A stretch of DNA of 64,000 nt from Actinomycetota bacterium. GTDB lineage: Bacteria > Actinomycetota > Geothermincolia > Geothermincolales > RBG-13-55-18. Under the pieces are notes generated by a model that was given only the letters and a program-made list of their open reading frames with translations, was not told the DNA's origin and did no database searches. Each line of letters opens with the position of its first letter. The stretch's first letter is position 1. This document shows positions 17,626 to 27,422 of the stretch, piece after piece. Location: contig JACIXC010000001.1 in the NCBI GenBank assembly GCA_014360655.1, forward strand, positions 228,715 to 292,714. The letters are read 5' to 3'. Position numbers and translations under genes: made by a program.

Positions 17626-19627
17626 GCTTAAGAAACTTCTTACCCCGCTGCGCATCAGGGATCTCGAGCTGCGCAACCGCATCGTGATGACCGCCATGCA
17701 CCTGAACTTCACGCCTGACGGCAGGGTGAACGACCGCATCGCGGCCTTCTACGAGGAACGGTCCAGGGGCGGAGCGGGCCTGATCATCGTGGGCGGTTGC
17801 ATCATCGACGACTACGCCGGCGCCTACTGGATGCTGGACATGCGCGACGACTCCTGCATCGAGGGCCACGCCATCCTCGCGGACGCCATCAAGAAGCACG
17901 GGGCGGCGGCGGCCTGCCAGCTCTACCACGCCGGGCGCTACTCGCATTCCGTTTCCATGGAAGGGAGGCAGGCGCTCGCTCCCAGCCCGGTGACCTCCCG
18001 CTTCACCAGGGAAGAGCCGCGGGGGATGACGCTGGAGGACATCAAGCGCACCGTGCAAGCTTACGCGGACGCGGCGCGGCGCGTGAAGGAAGCGGGTTAC
18101 GACATGGTGGAGGTGCTTGCCTGCACCGGCTACCTCATCTGCCAGTTCCTCTCGCCCATCACCAACCTGCGCGACGACGAGTACGGGGGCTCGTGGGAGA
18201 ACCGCATGCGCTTCGGGCTGGAGGTGGCAGACGCCGTGCGCGAGGCCGTGGGCCCCGCCTATCCCGTCTGCTTCCGCATCGCCGGGCACGACTACATGGA
18301 GGGCGGCAACACCAACCGCGAGTGGGCCCTCTTCGCCGCGGAACTGGAGAAACACGGCGTGGATCTCATCAACGTCACGGGCGGCTGGCACGAGACCAGG
18401 GTGCCCCAGCTCCCCATGTCCGTGCCCCGCGGCGGTCTCTCCTACCTGGCGGCGCACGTCAAGGAGAAGGTCACCGTCCCGGTGATCGCCTGTAACCGCA
18501 TCAACGACGTCTTCGTGGCCGACGAGATCCTGCGCATGGGGATGGCAGACCTGGTGGGCATGGCCCGCGCCCTCATCGCCGATCCCTACTTCCCCCAGAA
18601 GGCCATGGAGGAGAGGTACGAGGAGATCACCCACTGCATCGGCTGCAACCAGGGCTGTTTCGACCACGTCTTCTACCTGCAGCCCGTCACCTGTACGCTC
18701 AATCCGCGCGCCGGGCGCGAGCTGGAATACCGCGTGGAGAGGGCCCGCAAGCCCAAGAAGGTGGCCGTGGTGGGAGGGGGCCCCGCCGGAATGAAGGCGG
18801 CCCTCACCGCCGCCGAGCGCGGGCACCACGTCACCCTCTTCGAGAAGGGGGAGATGCTGGGAGGGCAGATGAACCTGGCGGCGGTACCTCCCGGTCGGGA
18901 GGAGTTCTGGACCGCGGTCGAGGACCTGGAGGCGCAGCTCGACAACGCGGGCGTGGAGTTGCGCCTGGAGACGGAGGCCGACGCCGCGACCCTGCGCGAG
19001 GAGGGTTTCGAGGCGGTGGTGGTGGCCACCGGTGCGCGCCAGGCCGTCCCGCCCATCCCCGGCATAGACCTGCCTCACGTGGCCATGGCCTGGGATATCC
19101 TGGAAGGCAAGGCGGACCCCGAGGGGAAGAACGTCGTGATCATCGGCGGCGGCGCGGTGGGATCGGAAACGGCTATGTACGTGGCCAGCATCGGCACCAT
19201 ATCTGGCGACACCCTCTTCTTCCTGTTCATGAACAACGGGGAGGACGTGGAAACCCTGCGCGAGCTGTGCGGCCGCGGCATAAAGCGGGTGACGGTGGTG
19301 GAGATGCTGGACAAGGTGTGCCGCGACGTGGGGCTTTCCACCCGCTGGACCATCCTGCAGGACATGCGCAACCTGGGCATCGACATACGCAGCACGGCGG
19401 TGGCGAAGCGCATCGAGAAGGACCGGGTCGTGGTGGAGGTGGACGGGAAAGAGGAGGAGATCCCCGCGGACACCGTGATCATCGCCGTGGGCTCCTGCCC
19501 GGCCGACGAGCTCTACCAGGAGCTCAAGGACAGCGGGATGGAGGTGTACGTGGTGGGCGACGCCAGGGAGGCGCGCAAGGCCATCGAGGCCATCCAGGAG
19601 GGATACGAGGCGGGCCTGCAGGTCTGA
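17626..19627 (+). CDS. Old-yellow-enzyme-family FMN oxidoreductase fused to FAD/NAD(P)-binding domain (2,4-dienoyl-CoA reductase FadH-like)
   Basis: OYE TIM-barrel region (MTAMHLNF, HAGRYSHS, CQFLSPITNLRDDEYGGS), 4Fe-4S Cys motif CIGCNQGCFDHV, and a C-terminal Rossmann region (VAVVGGGPAGMKAA, IIGGGAVGSETA). Probable TTG start near 17626. The ORF extends to 17555. Confidence 0.8.
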
Positions 19628-19637
19628 CCGGCGCGGG

Positions 19638-19700
19638 CCCGCTGGCTTATTTTCCCCGGGGATTTTTTCCCTGGGGATGTTTTTCCCCGGGGATTTTTTT
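19638..19700. terminator. Three tandem copies of TTTTCCCCGGGGATTTTTT-like hairpin/T-tract units between convergent genes (candidate bidirectional terminator)
   Basis: ttttccccggggattttttccctggggatgtttttccccggggatttttttcc lies directly after the stop at 19627 and before the convergent gene ending at 19892. Confidence 0.4.
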
Positions 19701-19891
19701 CCAACGGGATATGGAAGTACGTTCGCGAAGGATGGTTGCCCTGCCCTTCCGGCCCCTACCCCCTCTCTCCCGGCCCGGGGCCCGGGGCGGCTGTTTCGCC
19801 CGGCGGTCCATTGCGCGGGCCGCGGCCCGGGGAACGAGCGCCGTAGACCGTTTCCCGCAAGCGTGCGGGCTCCGCTGTGGATATGCCCCGG

Positions 19892-20602
19892 CTAGCCCTG
19901 GTCGCGCGGGGGCGTGTACCGGTACCGGTGGAGGGTTTCGCGCGCCAGGCTCACCAGCTCGCTGATCATGGCGTCCATCTGGAACCCGTGCTTGACCACC
20001 TGCTCCAGCATGTCCTTCTGGCGCTCGTTGAGCTCGCCCACCTTTTCCCTCCCCACCGTGCTGGCATAGGATATCATCACCGTGAGGGGGGTTCGCAGGT
20101 CGTGGGACATGGTTGACCGCACCTTCTCCAGGGTCTGCAGCACCTCGAGCACATCCCCTGCCGGTCCCTCCCGCGCGGCCCGCTCTTCCGCGCGCGCGCC
20201 GGCCACCGCGTCCGCGTCGCCCCCCTCCTCCTTGCCGTGTTTCATGAACTCGCGCACCGCGCTGGCGAAGGTGTCCACGTCCACGGGCTTCTGGATGTAG
20301 CCGTCGAACTTCCTGATGACCTCATCCCTCTCCTCCTCCTTGAGGGAGGCGCTCAAAGCCACGATGGGCACCTGGCCCATGCCCTCCACCTCCCTCAGGC
20401 TGTCCGCGACCGCACAACCGTCAGCCTCCGGGAAGTGCAGGTCGAGGAGGACGAGCTGGGGGGCCTTCTCGCGCGCCAAGGCGATGCCATCACCGGGTTT
20501 CTCCGCGGTGAGGACATCGAAACCCTCGGACTCGAGGAGTTGTTTCACTATCCTGCGCTCCACACCGCTGTCTTCGATGTAGAGGACTACCGGCCTGACC
20601 AC
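19892..20602 (-). CDS. Response-regulator receiver domain fused to HisKA (DHp) domain; no HATPase_c domain
   Basis: 236 aa. REC (phospho-Asp context LVLLDLHFPEADG, IVALSAS, K in YIQKP) followed by the H-box MSHDLRTPLTVMISYAS. The ORF ends about 70 aa after the H-box with no N/G1/G2 ATP-binding boxes. Confidence 0.7.
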   Translation of the reverse strand: MVRPVVLYIEDSGVERRIVKQLLESEGFDVLTAEKPGDGIALAREKAPQLVLLDLHFPEADGCAVADSLREVEGMGQVPIVALSASLKEEERDEVIRKFDGYIQKPVDVDTFASAVREFMKHGKEEGGDADAVAGARAEERAAREGPAGDVLEVLQTLEKVRSTMSHDLRTPLTVMISYASTVGREKVGELNERQKDMLEQVVKHGFQMDAMISELVSLARETLHRYRYTPPRDQG

Positions 20603-20906
20603 GTCCCTCCTTTCCGTCGCTCATATATAATCGGAACGTGATCCCGTCTTCATTAGGGATAAAAATGGTCCCGTCTACATCAGGGATAAAACCGTTGGGG
20701 ATAAACGGCCGCATTCCACGGCCTTCATTTTCCCGCCACGCGGTATTGCATTATAATTCCCCTGGACGCGCCCGGCGCGGGCGCGCGCATGCCGGGCCCG
20801 GAGTGGGCGGCTGCGGCGTCTGCCGGCGAAGGCGGCTGGCGCGAGGGGCGGCACGGGCGCGCGGGATGAAGAGGACGCAGAAAGCGAGAAAGGGACGGGA
20901 AAAGGG

Positions 20907-21545
20907 GTGTCGCACTTGCAGGTCGTGAGCTTCGAGGATTATTCCTTCGGCAGCAACACCTACCTGGCGGTTAACGAGGAGAGCTCCCAGGCGGTGCTCA
21001 TCGACGCCGGGGTTTCCGCATCCAAGGTGCTCGACTACCTGGAGGAGAACGGGCTGCAACTGGTCGCGGTGCTGCTCACCCACGGCCATCCCGACCATCT
21101 CCTGGGCCTGAAGGAAGTTGTCGACGCCACGGGCGCACCGGCCTACATGCACCCATCCGACGCGGCCATGGCGCGCGCCATACCGCCGCTCTTCCTGAAC
21201 ATGCTGGGCCTGGACGGGCTGCCCCTCCCCGATGACTTTCTCCCGCTGCAGGACGGCCAGGAGCTGGAACTCGGCGGCATGCGCTTCAAGGTGCTGCATA
21301 CCCCCGGCCACTCGGAGGGAAGCGTGTGCTTCCTCGCGGACGGCATCCTCTTCGCGGGAGACCTCGTCTTCCGCGGTTCCATCGGTCGCACCGACTTTCC
21401 CGGTGGCTCCCTGAAGACGTTGCTGCGCTCGGTGAAGGAGAAGGTGTTCACCCTCCCGGGTGACACGCGCATCCTCCCCGGGCACATGGAGGCCACGGTG
21501 GTCGGATGGGAGAAGCGCACCAATCCCTTCCTCATCGGTATCTGA
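20907..21545 (+). CDS. MBL-fold metallo-hydrolase (glyoxalase II-like)
   Basis: 212 aa. THGHPDHLLG and HTPGHSEGS metal-binding motifs. GTG start. Confidence 0.8.
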   Translation: MSHLQVVSFEDYSFGSNTYLAVNEESSQAVLIDAGVSASKVLDYLEENGLQLVAVLLTHGHPDHLLGLKEVVDATGAPAYMHPSDAAMARAIPPLFLNMLGLDGLPLPDDFLPLQDGQELELGGMRFKVLHTPGHSEGSVCFLADGILFAGDLVFRGSIGRTDFPGGSLKTLLRSVKEKVFTLPGDTRILPGHMEATVVGWEKRTNPFLIGI

Positions 21546-21712
21546 AGAGCCCGCAGGCGCTCGAAAGCCCTCCGCGATCCACGTCGCCATGAGCGCGCCA
21601 TCGCCGTCTTCCGGAACGGGTGAAAAGGATATTCCCCCGCCGGCGTATAAGTAACTTGAGGCACGGACCGGGGTGCGTGCGTCGGGTAAGCCAAGGTGAT
21701 GAAGCCGAGGTG

Positions 21713-22747
21713 ATGGCGATGAGCCCGCAGAGGGAAGAGAAGGCGATGCAGCGGAGGGTGGTGGTCTCACTCACCCTCCTCGTGACGCTGCTCGCCCTGG
21801 CCCCCATCGGCTACATGGTCATCGAGGACATGTCCTACAACGAGGCCCTCTACATGACGGTGATAACCGTTTTCACGGTGGGGTTCAGGGAGGTGCGTCC
21901 CCTCTCCACGGCGGGCATGTATTTCACCATCTTCGTCATATTCACGGGGGTCATCAACCTCTTCTTCATCATCTCCAGCCTTATCAGGTATACCTTCGGG
22001 GAGGCCCTGAGGGAGACTTTCGGGAGGAGAAGAATGGACCTTCGCATCAGGAAGCTGCGCGATCACTACGTCGTCTGCGGTTTTGGGAGGGTGGGAGAAG
22101 TGGTGTGCGAGACCCTGGCGGAAGCGGGCGTCGAGTTCGTGATCATCGAGAAAGACCCTGCCCGCATCGTGGAAGCCACGGACCGGGGTTATCTCTACCT
22201 GGAGGGTGACGCCACGGACACGGAGATCCTCGTCTCCGCCGGGGTACGAGAGGCGCGGGGGGTGGTCTGCGCCCTGGAGAACGACGCCGACAACCTCTTC
22301 ACCACCCTCTCCGCGCGCACCCTCAACAAGGACACCGTCATCGTCACCAGGTGCGTGAGCCAGGACTCCGTGGACAAGCTGCGCTACGCGGGAGCGGACC
22401 AGGTCATCTCCCCCTACATCCTGAGCGGGAAGCGCATGGCCACCTTTCTCCTGCGCCCGGGCGTGTACGACTACCTCGACCTGGTGGCGCACGGCGTCTC
22501 CCTGGAATACCGACTGGAGGAGCTGCTCGTGCACGAAGGCTCGGCCCTGGCCGGAAAGACCATCGGCGAGATGGATGTGAAGGCACGCACGGGGGCCATG
22601 ATCATCGCGGTGCGCAGGGCGAGCGACGGTGGGTTCAACACCAACCCCGACAAGGACACCCGCATCGACGCCGGCGACCTCCTCATCGCCCTGGGGAAGG
22701 AGGAGGACCTCGCCGGCCTGGAGAAGATCAGCGGCATCAAGCCCTAA
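21713..22747 (+). CDS. Potassium channel protein with TrkA-N/TrkA-C (RCK) domains
   Basis: Two TM helices plus a pore region (TVITVFTVGFREV selectivity-filter-like), then Rossmann RCK (HYVVCGFGRVGEVVCE) and a TrkA-C domain. The ORF extends to 21620. Confidence 0.8.
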   Translation: MAMSPQREEKAMQRRVVVSLTLLVTLLALAPIGYMVIEDMSYNEALYMTVITVFTVGFREVRPLSTAGMYFTIFVIFTGVINLFFIISSLIRYTFGEALRETFGRRRMDLRIRKLRDHYVVCGFGRVGEVVCETLAEAGVEFVIIEKDPARIVEATDRGYLYLEGDATDTEILVSAGVREARGVVCALENDADNLFTTLSARTLNKDTVIVTRCVSQDSVDKLRYAGADQVISPYILSGKRMATFLLRPGVYDYLDLVAHGVSLEYRLEELLVHEGSALAGKTIGEMDVKARTGAMIIAVRRASDGGFNTNPDKDTRIDAGDLLIALGKEEDLAGLEKISGIKP

Positions 22748-23084
22748 CACCTTGGGCCCACGACTCACTTCGTCCCTCACCGGGGCACAAGGGTAAGGCA
22801 CGAGGGTCGCACGCACGGGGGTCGGGGCTCGCTTTGCGCCCTTTGAAAGGCCTTTCTAAGGTATCCGCGCCCGCCAAGGCAATCTCCGGAATCCCTGATC
22901 CTCCCGCCTCCGGTTGAGATCGCCGCGTCGGCGCTCCGCGCTTCCTCGCAATGACGTTATTCGTTATGCCTCCGGGCCATGACGTGGTCGGCGGGCTATC
23001 CCGTTTTCCCCAGGCATGGACGGTACCTGACCCCGTTGGCGTTCAGACATGGACTGGATCTGACCCCATCGGTGGTGCCCGGCG

Positions 23085-24323
23085 TCAGGAGCCGTCCGCG
23101 GCCGCGGTGAAGACCAGCTCCAGGTCGTCGACATAGAGCGCTCCCCCGCCCTCGAGGTTGACGCGCACGAACAGGCTGGCCGTCTCTCCGTCCAGGGGGA
23201 TGGCGAGCTCGAAGGGACTCCAGCCGCCGCTCCCCCTCCCCAACTCCGCGGCGACATGGCCCTGGAGCCCCGTCGCCCGCATGGCGAACGCCTCCACCCA
23301 TGCCCTGCCCGTCACGGATTCCCCGCGCAGCATCCCCTTCAGGCGCAGGGTACCCTTCTCGCCGTGCAGGCCGCACACCGACTGGGAAAAAGCGGTAACC
23401 GCGCCCGGGCCGCTTCCCGGCGCGTTGGCGATGCGCAGGGCGTTTCCCCTCCCGGGAGCGGCAGGAACGAGGGCGTAAAGGGGAGGTCCGGCAAACCCGC
23501 TGACGTGGCAGTGCCAGTGGCGGACTCCCTCCTCGAAGGAGGGGTTGCGCAGGAGGTTCACGCCGGGCGAGGGGAAGGTCTCCCTCTCCTCCATCACCAG
23601 CGAGAGTTCGTCGAACCAGGCGCGCCCCGTGCCGTACATGCCGCATTCCAGCCAGACCCCCCTGGCCTCCGGCGGCACGTGGCAGCGCAGCTCGACCGGG
23701 GCCCAGTCGCGGTCGCCTTCCAGGTCATCGCTGTGGGCGATGACCAGGGTCTCCATCTCGCCTCCCTCCTGCGCCGCACCGCGGACGATGATCCCCAGGT
23801 ACGCTTCGCCCTTCAGCCCCTCCGTCTTTATGTATCCCCTGAAAACGACGTCGTGGTCGAGGGGGAGCACGCCCAGGAGCATCACCCATCCCGCGTCCAC
23901 GAAGGGACTTTCCCGGGAGCTGACCGCGGCACTGGCGAACCCTCTATAGGAACGGTTCTCGTCCCGGTACACCAGTGCGCCCCCCTCCTCGCCCTTTTTC
24001 TGCCAACCGTAGGCCTCGCTCAGCGTGCCCACCTCGAAGCTGTAGTTCTCGATGAGGTTGCTGCCCAGCGGGATGCTGGAGGCCGGGTGCCCTTCTTCAT
24101 GGTGGACGTGCTCCTCCTCAGCGTGCTCCTCCTCCGCGTGCTCGTGCTCCTCGTGCTCGTGCTCCTCCTCCACGTGGGCGTGGGAGTGGGCGTGCTTGGA
24201 GCTCAAACCGACCACCACCTCCCTGCGCACCAGGTACTGCACGGGCACGGAGATCGCCAGCGCGGCGACGATAACGGCGATGAGGAGGATATCCCGTTTT
24301 CCGATCCTCTTTCCCGGGCGCAT
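23085..24323 (-). CDS. Membrane-anchored protein with His/Glu-rich low-complexity segment and two CBM4/9-like β-sandwich domains
   Basis: Start MRPGKRIGK, then a TM helix (ILLIAVIVAALAISV), then HAHSHAHVEEEHEHEEHEHAEEEHAEEEHVHHEEGH. Two repeats follow, each beginning NLIxNxSFE (NLIENYSFEVG, NLLRNPSFEEG), typical of CBM_4_9-like modules. The ORF upstream of Met-110 looks non-coding. Confidence 0.55.
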   Translation of the reverse strand: MRPGKRIGKRDILLIAVIVAALAISVPVQYLVRREVVVGLSSKHAHSHAHVEEEHEHEEHEHAEEEHAEEEHVHHEEGHPASSIPLGSNLIENYSFEVGTLSEAYGWQKKGEEGGALVYRDENRSYRGFASAAVSSRESPFVDAGWVMLLGVLPLDHDVVFRGYIKTEGLKGEAYLGIIVRGAAQEGGEMETLVIAHSDDLEGDRDWAPVELRCHVPPEARGVWLECGMYGTGRAWFDELSLVMEERETFPSPGVNLLRNPSFEEGVRHWHCHVSGFAGPPLYALVPAAPGRGNALRIANAPGSGPGAVTAFSQSVCGLHGEKGTLRLKGMLRGESVTGRAWVEAFAMRATGLQGHVAAELGRGSGGWSPFELAIPLDGETASLFVRVNLEGGGALYVDDLELVFTAAADGS

Positions 24324-24892
24324 ACGCACTCCCTTTCCCTTCCGCAGGGACCACCGCCTCCGGGCGCCACCTGCCGGCCCGTCGCGGCCTTCACCTCCGG
24401 CATCCGTGTTCCGCCATACACGAGCTGCACGGCGTTCCTGCAACAACGGGCCGGAACAAGCCCCCATAACAGGACTCCCATGCCAATACTGCCGGTATGA
24501 TAAATCGGCGTCAACGCCGTGCGGCTTCACACGTCGGGCATCCTCACGCGTTGGAGGGACCCGCCCGCGGGGTCTTTCTCCGCCGAGAACCACCGCCGGC
24601 TCCGGGCACGCTGTGGGAGGGCAATGCCCGCCTACTCGCATGATTACCACAGGAACGGTATAAATCTATTAATATTAATACATCTCCCGCGCATCCCGCG
24701 GCGGGGAAGCGGGCTGCGCGCCGTGGGGGCGGATGACACGAAACGAAGGTGATCCGCGAAACGGGTGGGATGGTTTGATGTGACGGCAAGGTATGGCGCA
24801 TGTCGGGGTAAGGCTTGACCGAGCGGGGGCAGGACTTGATGGGATGGGGCGTGATGGGTGATGAAGGTATCGGCGCCTGAAATCGAGGCGGG

Positions 24893-26119
24893 TTGAGGAG
24901 GTTTCACTTGAAAGAGGTCGCTTTCCTGTCAAGCCTGGTCACGGGCTCGCGCTCCAAGATGGTGCTCCTGGTGTTGGACGGCCTGGGTGGCCTTCCGCAC
25001 CCGGACACCGGCCTCACGGAGTTGGAGACGGCGAGGACCCCCAACCTGGACGCCCTGGCCAGGGAATCCATATGCGGGCTCATCCACGCCATCGGTCCGG
25101 GCATCACCCCGGGAAGCGGTCCCGCCCACATGGCCCTCTTCGGGTACGACCCGGTGCGCTACGAGGTGGGGAGGGGAGTGCTCTCCGCCCTGGGGGTGGG
25201 CATGGACCTCGGTCCCGATGACCTGGCGGCGCGGGTCAACTTCTGCACCGTGCAGGACGGGGTGATCGTCGACCGCCGGGCCGGCCGCATCTCCACCGAG
25301 GAGAACGCGCGCCTCTGCGAGAAGCTCTCGGGCATAAGGCTGGAGGGCGTCGAGGTCGAGATACGCCCGGAAAAGGAGCACCGCGCCGCCCTGGTCTTCC
25401 GCGGCGAGGGGCTCTCGGAGCGCGTCTCCGACACGGACCCCCAGCGGACAGGACTCGCCCCCCTACGCTGCGAGCCCCTGCCGGGAGGCGGCGCGGCGGC
25501 GGAGCGCACGGCGGCCCTGGTGAACGAATACCTGGAAAAAGTTTCCATGATACTCGCGGACGAGCATCCCGCCAACATGATCGTCACGCGCGGCTTCGCC
25601 AAGAAGCCGGACATCCCGCCGATGACGGACCTCTACGGGCTGCGGGCGGGGGCCGTGGCCACCTACCCCATGTACCGCGCGGTGGCCCGCCTGGTGGGCA
25701 TGGAGCTCGTCGCAAGCGGCCCCTCCTTCTCCGAGCAGGTGGAAGCCATGGCCGGGGCCTGGGAGGAATACGACTACTTTTTCGTCCACTACAAGTACAC
25801 GGACAGCCGCGGCGAGGACGGCGACTTCGCGGCCAAGGTTGCCTGCATCGAGGAGGTGGACGAGGCGGTCCCCCGCATCGTGGAGCTGGATCCCGACGTC
25901 CTGGTGGTCACCGGCGACCACTCCACCCCCGCCCTGCTCAAGGGGCACAGCTGGCACCCCTCCCCCCTCCTGCTGCGCTCCCGCTGGGAGAGGCGGGACG
26001 AAGTGGGTTCCTTCGGCGAGAGCGCCTGTGCCGCGGGAGGCCTGGGAACGTTTTACGCGGTGGACCTCCTTCCCCTCATGCTCGCCAACGCGCAGCGCCT
26101 CAACAAGTTCGGAGCCTGA
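24893..26119 (+). CDS. apgM: 2,3-bisphosphoglycerate-independent phosphoglycerate mutase, archaeal-type (ApgM, COG3635)
   Basis: VLLVLDGLGG...TPNLDALA...HAIGPGITPGSGPAHMALFGYDP is the ApgM signature, with the C-terminal metal-binding part (VVTGDHSTP). The start may be an internal TTG or ATG. Confidence 0.8.
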   Translation: MRRFHLKEVAFLSSLVTGSRSKMVLLVLDGLGGLPHPDTGLTELETARTPNLDALARESICGLIHAIGPGITPGSGPAHMALFGYDPVRYEVGRGVLSALGVGMDLGPDDLAARVNFCTVQDGVIVDRRAGRISTEENARLCEKLSGIRLEGVEVEIRPEKEHRAALVFRGEGLSERVSDTDPQRTGLAPLRCEPLPGGGAAAERTAALVNEYLEKVSMILADEHPANMIVTRGFAKKPDIPPMTDLYGLRAGAVATYPMYRAVARLVGMELVASGPSFSEQVEAMAGAWEEYDYFFVHYKYTDSRGEDGDFAAKVACIEEVDEAVPRIVELDPDVLVVTGDHSTPALLKGHSWHPSPLLLRSRWERRDEVGSFGESACAAGGLGTFYAVDLLPLMLANAQRLNKFGA

Positions 26120-26298
26120 AGGGGACGGAGAATGGGGCACGACATCCCGGCACGCGGTCGAACCGGCGCCGCGACGCGGCCTCACCGGGCCCGTGCAAAC
26201 GTTTTTTCCGCACGGCGGCTCGTGGGGTGAGGAGGGGCGGGCCTTGCAGGTCACCGGGGGAAAGAAGAAGGATTTCGCCTCCGCGCGCCTGCGGGGAG

Positions 26299-27422
26299 TG
26301 CCCGGTGTCGTGTTGGTGTTTCTTACCTGGGTCATATTCCTCCTTTCCTTTTCCTTTTTCACGTATGTCCTCGCGCAGGCCTATAAGCTGGGCCCGGGCC
26401 ACATCAGCGCAGGGGAGTTCTTCCGCAGCCTCATCCGCTACGACGCCGCCTACTACCTCGATATCGCCCGCCACGGTTACGCGGCGAGCCTTCCCCTCGG
26501 CGGCCGGGAGATCTACGTATCTACGGCCTTCTGGCCCCTGTATCCCCTGCTGATAAGGACCTTCGCGACTCTTACGGCCGGGAATCACATCGCCGCCTCC
26601 CTGGCGGCCGCGTGGCTTTCCCTGCTCCTTGCGCTTGTCTACCTCTACAAGCTGGCCCGGCTCTCGTCGGACGACGAGACGTCCCTCCGCTCCTGCCTTT
26701 TCGCCCTGCTCTTCCCGACCGCGTGTTTCCTTTTCTTCCCTTACGCCGAGCCGGTCTTCCTCCTCTGCGCCGTCGCGTCCCTTTACCATGCCCGTCGCTC
26801 CTCGTGGATACTCTCCGGCATGTGGGGGTTCCTCGCCTGCCTGGCGCGCCCTGTAGGCCTGGCCGTATGCGTGGCCCTGGTGGTGGAGGCGTTGCAACAG
26901 TCGGGCTGGAAGCCCGCCCGCCTGCGGCCGCGCATGGCGGCCGTACTGGTGGCGCCCCTGGGCCTGGTCTCGTACCTGGTCTATCTCAGGTGGCGGTTCG
27001 GCGACTTCTTCTATTTCGCCACGGCGCACCGCGAGGGATGGCGAACGGGGTTCAACCCCTGGAGCCTCTTTTCCGCGGTGAAGCACCTTTTCGCGCCCGA
27101 GAGGCTCTCGGAATTCGTGCGCTATGCGTACCTCCTCTTCTTCTTCCTGCTCTTCGCCGTGCTCCTCGTGCCCGCCTTCAGGAAGCTGCGCCTCTCCCTG
27201 GCCGTCTACGGGACTCTCTGCCTGCTCATATCCGCGTTCTTCACTTCCAGCGACCTTCCCCTGCAGAGCATGAACCGCCACGTCATCGTCATCTTCCCGG
27301 CCTTCCTCATCCTGGGCTCGTGGGGAGGGAACCGCGACTTCGAGCGTTTCTATATCTTCGCCGGGACCTTGGGTCTGGCCACCTTCACCGCCGTCTACCT
27401 CCTGAATTTCTTCTCGGGGTAA
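26299..27422 (+). CDS. GT-C fold mannosyltransferase-like membrane protein (PIG-V/Gpi18, Mannosyl_trans2-like); start uncertain
   Basis: About 10 TM segments. The first extracytoplasmic loop motif YDAAYYLDIARHGY resembles the WDxxWYLxIAExGY motif of the bacterial PIG-V-like family. The overlapping 444-aa antisense ORF is charge-rich junk. Confidence 0.55.

Noticed and set aside
15634-17631. 665-aa ORF antisense to the CoA-transferase gene
   Set aside because: His/Arg/Gly-rich low-complexity translation. The CoA-transferase frame has conserved family features.
17438-19078. 546-aa ORF antisense to the OYE/FadH-like gene
   Set aside because: Shadow ORF. The plus frame carries FMN, Fe-S and Rossmann motifs.
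22900-23085. Direct repeat CTGACCCC(G/A)T(T/C)GG(C/T)G pair between the K+ channel and the His-rich protein gene
   Set aside because: Short, imperfect and in a convergent 3' region. Likely a chance or terminator-associated sequence, not strong enough to list as a finding.
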